A DNA stretch of 63,988 nucleotides, the filler included, from Dimargaris cristalligena (lineage: Eukaryota): assembly GCA_003614675.1 (NCBI GenBank). It is 3 parts of 3 records of this genome, joined end to end, with 100 filler letters (N's around TTAATTAATTAA, not from the genome) between each part and the next. Parts side by side here need not be neighbours in the genome. Positions count along the whole stretch, not along the records: positions 43,428 to 63,988 come from ML002693.1; 2 more parts are not named here. One strand, 5' to 3'. Positions 60,596-63,988 of the stretch are shown here, piece by piece; the first letter of the stretch is position 1; every line of letters begins with the position of its first letter. The translations under genes and the position numbers were made by a program. The notes beneath the pieces were generated by a model, which worked only from the letters and a program-made list of their open reading frames with translations, did no database searches and had not been told where the DNA came from.

Positions 60596-62076
60596 CTCTG
60601 AGAAACTTTTCCTTTGAAAAAGGATGATTCCTTTCATCTTAAGATCAGTTGCAATATCCATTAACTGAAAATGTAACAACTTATTTGAATAAAACAAAAT
60701 ATTAAAACATATATTATAATAAATGAGTGCATGATTTCACAACACTGACTTTGATTAACTTATCATCATTAGCTCATTATTGACACAAATCGGGAACCAG
60801 ACAACCATTTCATTCACTATTGGCCAGATCATCCATGTGTGCCATCACTGTTGATTCCCACAGCACCACACATACATGTATTATGTAAAACTTTATACAG
60901 CTGGTTTGAATTTCACCCATATATGCAGTGTCTGTCCTGATGTTCAATAAGAGGTAGGTATGGGCAACAAAAAACTAATACCACCTTTGTGAGTACTGTT
61001 TTAAGTATGTCTCACTGCTGCACCTGGAGAAGGCCCCTCTCTCAAAGCGATGTTTAACAGGGTCAATCAGATGGTTGAAAAACATGCTCACCCAAATAAA
61101 CACTTTTCTATTGTTTTATCATGAACACCAATAATCATGCCCTACTGTCAATTGAAATGTCCCATATTTCTAAAATGTAGAACAGGAAGGACACTGCTTT
61201 GAATTCTGATCTCCAAATCTCCCTTTAGATCTCCAGTCTGATTTTCATTTGCTAAATACATTTGGCATTTGACTTGTTCAGGGGTGGCCGCTTGGGTCGC
61301 CTTGTCAATGACACCCCTGTGACTGGATGGGAATTAAAAAAGTTTGGGTGTACTTTGCAACGAACTACCACTGATAAATCACGTAAATGCGTTTTCTCTC
61401 CCTGCCTATCGTCACATTTTCCCAACAGGCACACTTGCATTGCTGGACATATTGTTCACACTACTTTTTCATTTAGTAAAATATATTGGGAACATTAATG
61501 AAGTGTCAATAAAACTGTATTGAAGGGAATAATGCAGCTAGAGGACGGAAGGTAACTCTAAGTAGTGCCTTTTATTAAACGGTGTAATCGATAAGGGGTA
61601 TTTTGAATAGTTAAAATGTGTGGGCATAGTGTAGCTAAGTAATCAAACCGTCGGGACATTTGATTCGACACAAGTGGCAGTCTTAAGGAGTACCAAGCAT
61701 GCACCCTGCTATAACTAAGAAACAAAATCGCAACTCTACGGCCAAATGGTAGCCGAAAAAGCATCAAGATGTTTGAGCAAATATATCTCAAATCCCGAAC
61801 AACGTTATTGGGATACTTAACCCAGCCAGTGATGGCAAGAGACAATCCGAGAAAAATTTTAATAATATAGCGAAAGGGGTATTCAGTGGTTTATTACATT
61901 TTAGATCTATCAATTTAAAGTATACCTTTTGGAAAATAGTATTCCACAAAATGAAGAGGCTACATTATGCCCTATTATAAGGTAGATAGGGGTAGTTAAT
62001 ATTCAAGAGGTCGACCCAGTCGCTAATGAGGTGTATATTTCGAGTCATCGGAAACCTTGTTTGTGTTTGATTATAT

Positions 62077-62397
62077 TTAGTTGTCCATGTCTGAGTCCCA
62101 TCCGATCATTGTAATATATAAATATTCTCCATATGACAAAGATTTCTTGAGTTGGCTTTGTGGGAGCATCGCGGGTCGTTGCTGGTGATAGATGCTGGAC
62201 TTGTGGGAGTGGGGGGTGGCAAGTCTCGGAAGTTGGTGGGTTGGAGACACTGGAGAAGTCCCAGGGAGCCTGGATACGCGTTTGGATAATTCATTCCGTG
62301 GTCTGAGTGCACCATTGCTCGCTGATAATGGCATCAGATGAGCCAGACCGGTAACCCCTAACCAAAGGGCCATGACATACGCGTAGACTAATCTCAT
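62077..62397 (-). CDS. Possible small secreted protein, or first exon of a decayed gene
   Basis: ATG start, signal-peptide-like MRLVYAYVMALWLGVTGLA and a dibasic KR site; no recognisable domain and no clean splice donor found. Confidence 0.35.
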   Translation of the reverse strand: MRLVYAYVMALWLGVTGLAHLMPLSASNGALRPRNELSKRVSRLPGTSPVSPTHQLPRLATPHSHKSSIYHQQRPAMLPQSQLKKSLSYGEYLYITMIGWDSDMDN

Positions 62398-63286
62398 TTT
62401 TGCTAATGAATGCCTCCTTGTCGAGTTGTTTGATAGTATATTTGAAACGTTTGTTATTTACCAAGTTAAAGTGTATGCCATGCAAGATTCGACGAGTGGA
62501 GGAGCGTTGATATGGGGTTGAGAAATATTATGAAGGATAGTATACTCTCTGCATAAAGGGGAGGGGCATAGGTGGGTTAAATATGACTATACAAAAATTT
62601 GCCCATTTACATAATGAATGGTCGACCACTCCATTCAATGAAATCCGAGGAATAGCCTATATCGAGCACTTTTTTACATTAAACCATTAAGAGTGTGGCC
62701 CTATACATCTAAGATCAACTATTAACTCGAGCTTTACTAGGATGCCCAGCACTGATCACCACATTTACAATCCTGTACGTTTATGGCTTATACACCCCTA
62801 TGTAGAGACATTCATTTAATGGGAAACGAGTACCAGATCGTCACTGACTGTCCCCTTCTTCCCAGTGTCTATTACCGATTTGCCTTTTAATATACAAGCA
62901 GCAAGTTAGCTCTCCTGCACCGATTCATAGCGATACTGTGTATATGGTAGGTAGTGTAATGGGATGCCGAGTGGGGACAGATAGTTAATGATACCGAGTG
63001 GGGTTATTGTGGATAAGATTGTAATTATATATAAAAAGTACTTTATTGAAACATGATGATCTTTTGAGTACACAAGTTGTTACTCCTTTTATATCTATAT
63101 TTCTGGTATCTTGATAGAGCAACTACTGTCCACTGCTTGTTCTGAGGGGGCCGCTATAGCGAGGGGGGTTGATGGAGCAATTTCATTAGTAGAGATAAGG
63201 GATCATCCTTACCTGGGACCGTCTGCCCCCTCTGAGGGTTGCAGTAGCTATCCCTTCAGTAGGCTGAAAAAAATGTAGGGGGGTGG

Positions 63287-63869
63287 TGTTGGCCCTTCTA
63301 ATCTGGCTTAATCCAGACATAACAGTTGACCCACCTTATTAGGCCTTATAGCACCATATTAACCCTCCCATAGTCACCCCTGGTACTATGGGATCATCCT
63401 ATATGATATAATCATTCCCTTTCCAGACTCCAGGGTTCCCATTAATCTCTCCTGGGCTGATCTAACAACTCTTCCAGTTCCCAGCAGAGTCTTCCACATC
63501 CTTGCACCTGTCCAGTTAGCCATTTATCCCATCAGTAGTCTTAGTAGTATCTTCCTTTGGGGATCTCCCTTTGGAATCATCCCCCACATATATATAACCA
63601 GCACCCACTGGGATCAGTTAGATTCCTTAGCTTATTCTTACCCCCTAGTTTACCCCTAATAAACTCTATATATGCTCACCCCCCTTGTACTGACTAGTAA
63701 GTATGCCACTGCATGTCCCTTGCATAGCAGACCACTTAAGCCTTTATTAGTTAGTATTATACCCATACCTGATACTAGTAGCCTGCTTGGCTGAGTCTAA
63801 GCCCTACCTACCATTAGAAGCCTATCCTCAGGACTCTTGATGAACTAAGAGTAGTTAACCCAGGTGACA
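63287..63869 (-). mobile_element. Solo LTR, family A (583 bp)
   Basis: TG...CA termini; perfect 5-bp TSD GGTGG at 63282-63286 and 63870-63874. Confidence 0.92.
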
Positions 63870-63881
63870 GGTGGTACCTAC

Positions 63882-63988
63882 TGTGGTAAACTTACCACAT
63901 TTTTTACCTACTTTTATTTTTTATCTATTTTTCGCACTTATTGGAAGTACGCCCCTGATGAGTGAATGAGCCCCTGCCCCTGCCCTTC
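63882..63988 (-). repeat. Dispersed repeat family B (LTR-like end), runs off the window
   Basis: Reverse complement matches 20344-20436 and ends ...TTTACCACA. Confidence 0.75.

Noticed and set aside
63205..63217. ATCCTTACCTGGG resembling the U1 snRNA 5' end
   Set aside because: Mismatch to ATACTTACCTG and no recognisable U1 stem-loops or Sm site downstream.

Overview
This is eukaryotic, fungal DNA with GT-AG introns. The gene style suggests an early-diverging fungus, but that is inference. It has two 100-nt assembly gaps, each carrying a TTAATTAATTAA linker. Protein genes, several rebuilt across introns by hand: a BED-finger-like protein running off the left edge, a LysP-like amino-acid permease, INO80B/Ies2, ARF6, RidA/Mmf1, dephospho-CoA kinase, an AA11-type LPMO, an ACS-family MFS transporter with a pseudogenised tandem copy, Nem1/CTDNEP1 phosphatase, a small Cys-rich membrane protein missed by the ORF track, an HSF-domain factor, adenosine kinase, METTL3/Ime4, a ribosomal-L1-domain protein and an F-box/LRR protein. 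One tRNA-Leu(CAG) lies in a nest of transposon relics. An LTR family of about 585 bp occurs six times, two as solo LTRs with perfect 5-bp TSDs, and its copies differ almost only by CpG-centred transitions. The best sequence-supported oddities are a 4-nt micro-exon that restores the INO80B frame, the CpG hypermutation of the repeats, and the multi-lesion MFS pseudogene. Functional-cluster ideas (ADK next to METTL3; RidA, DPCK and MFS) are speculative. I found no clearly demonstrable new system.
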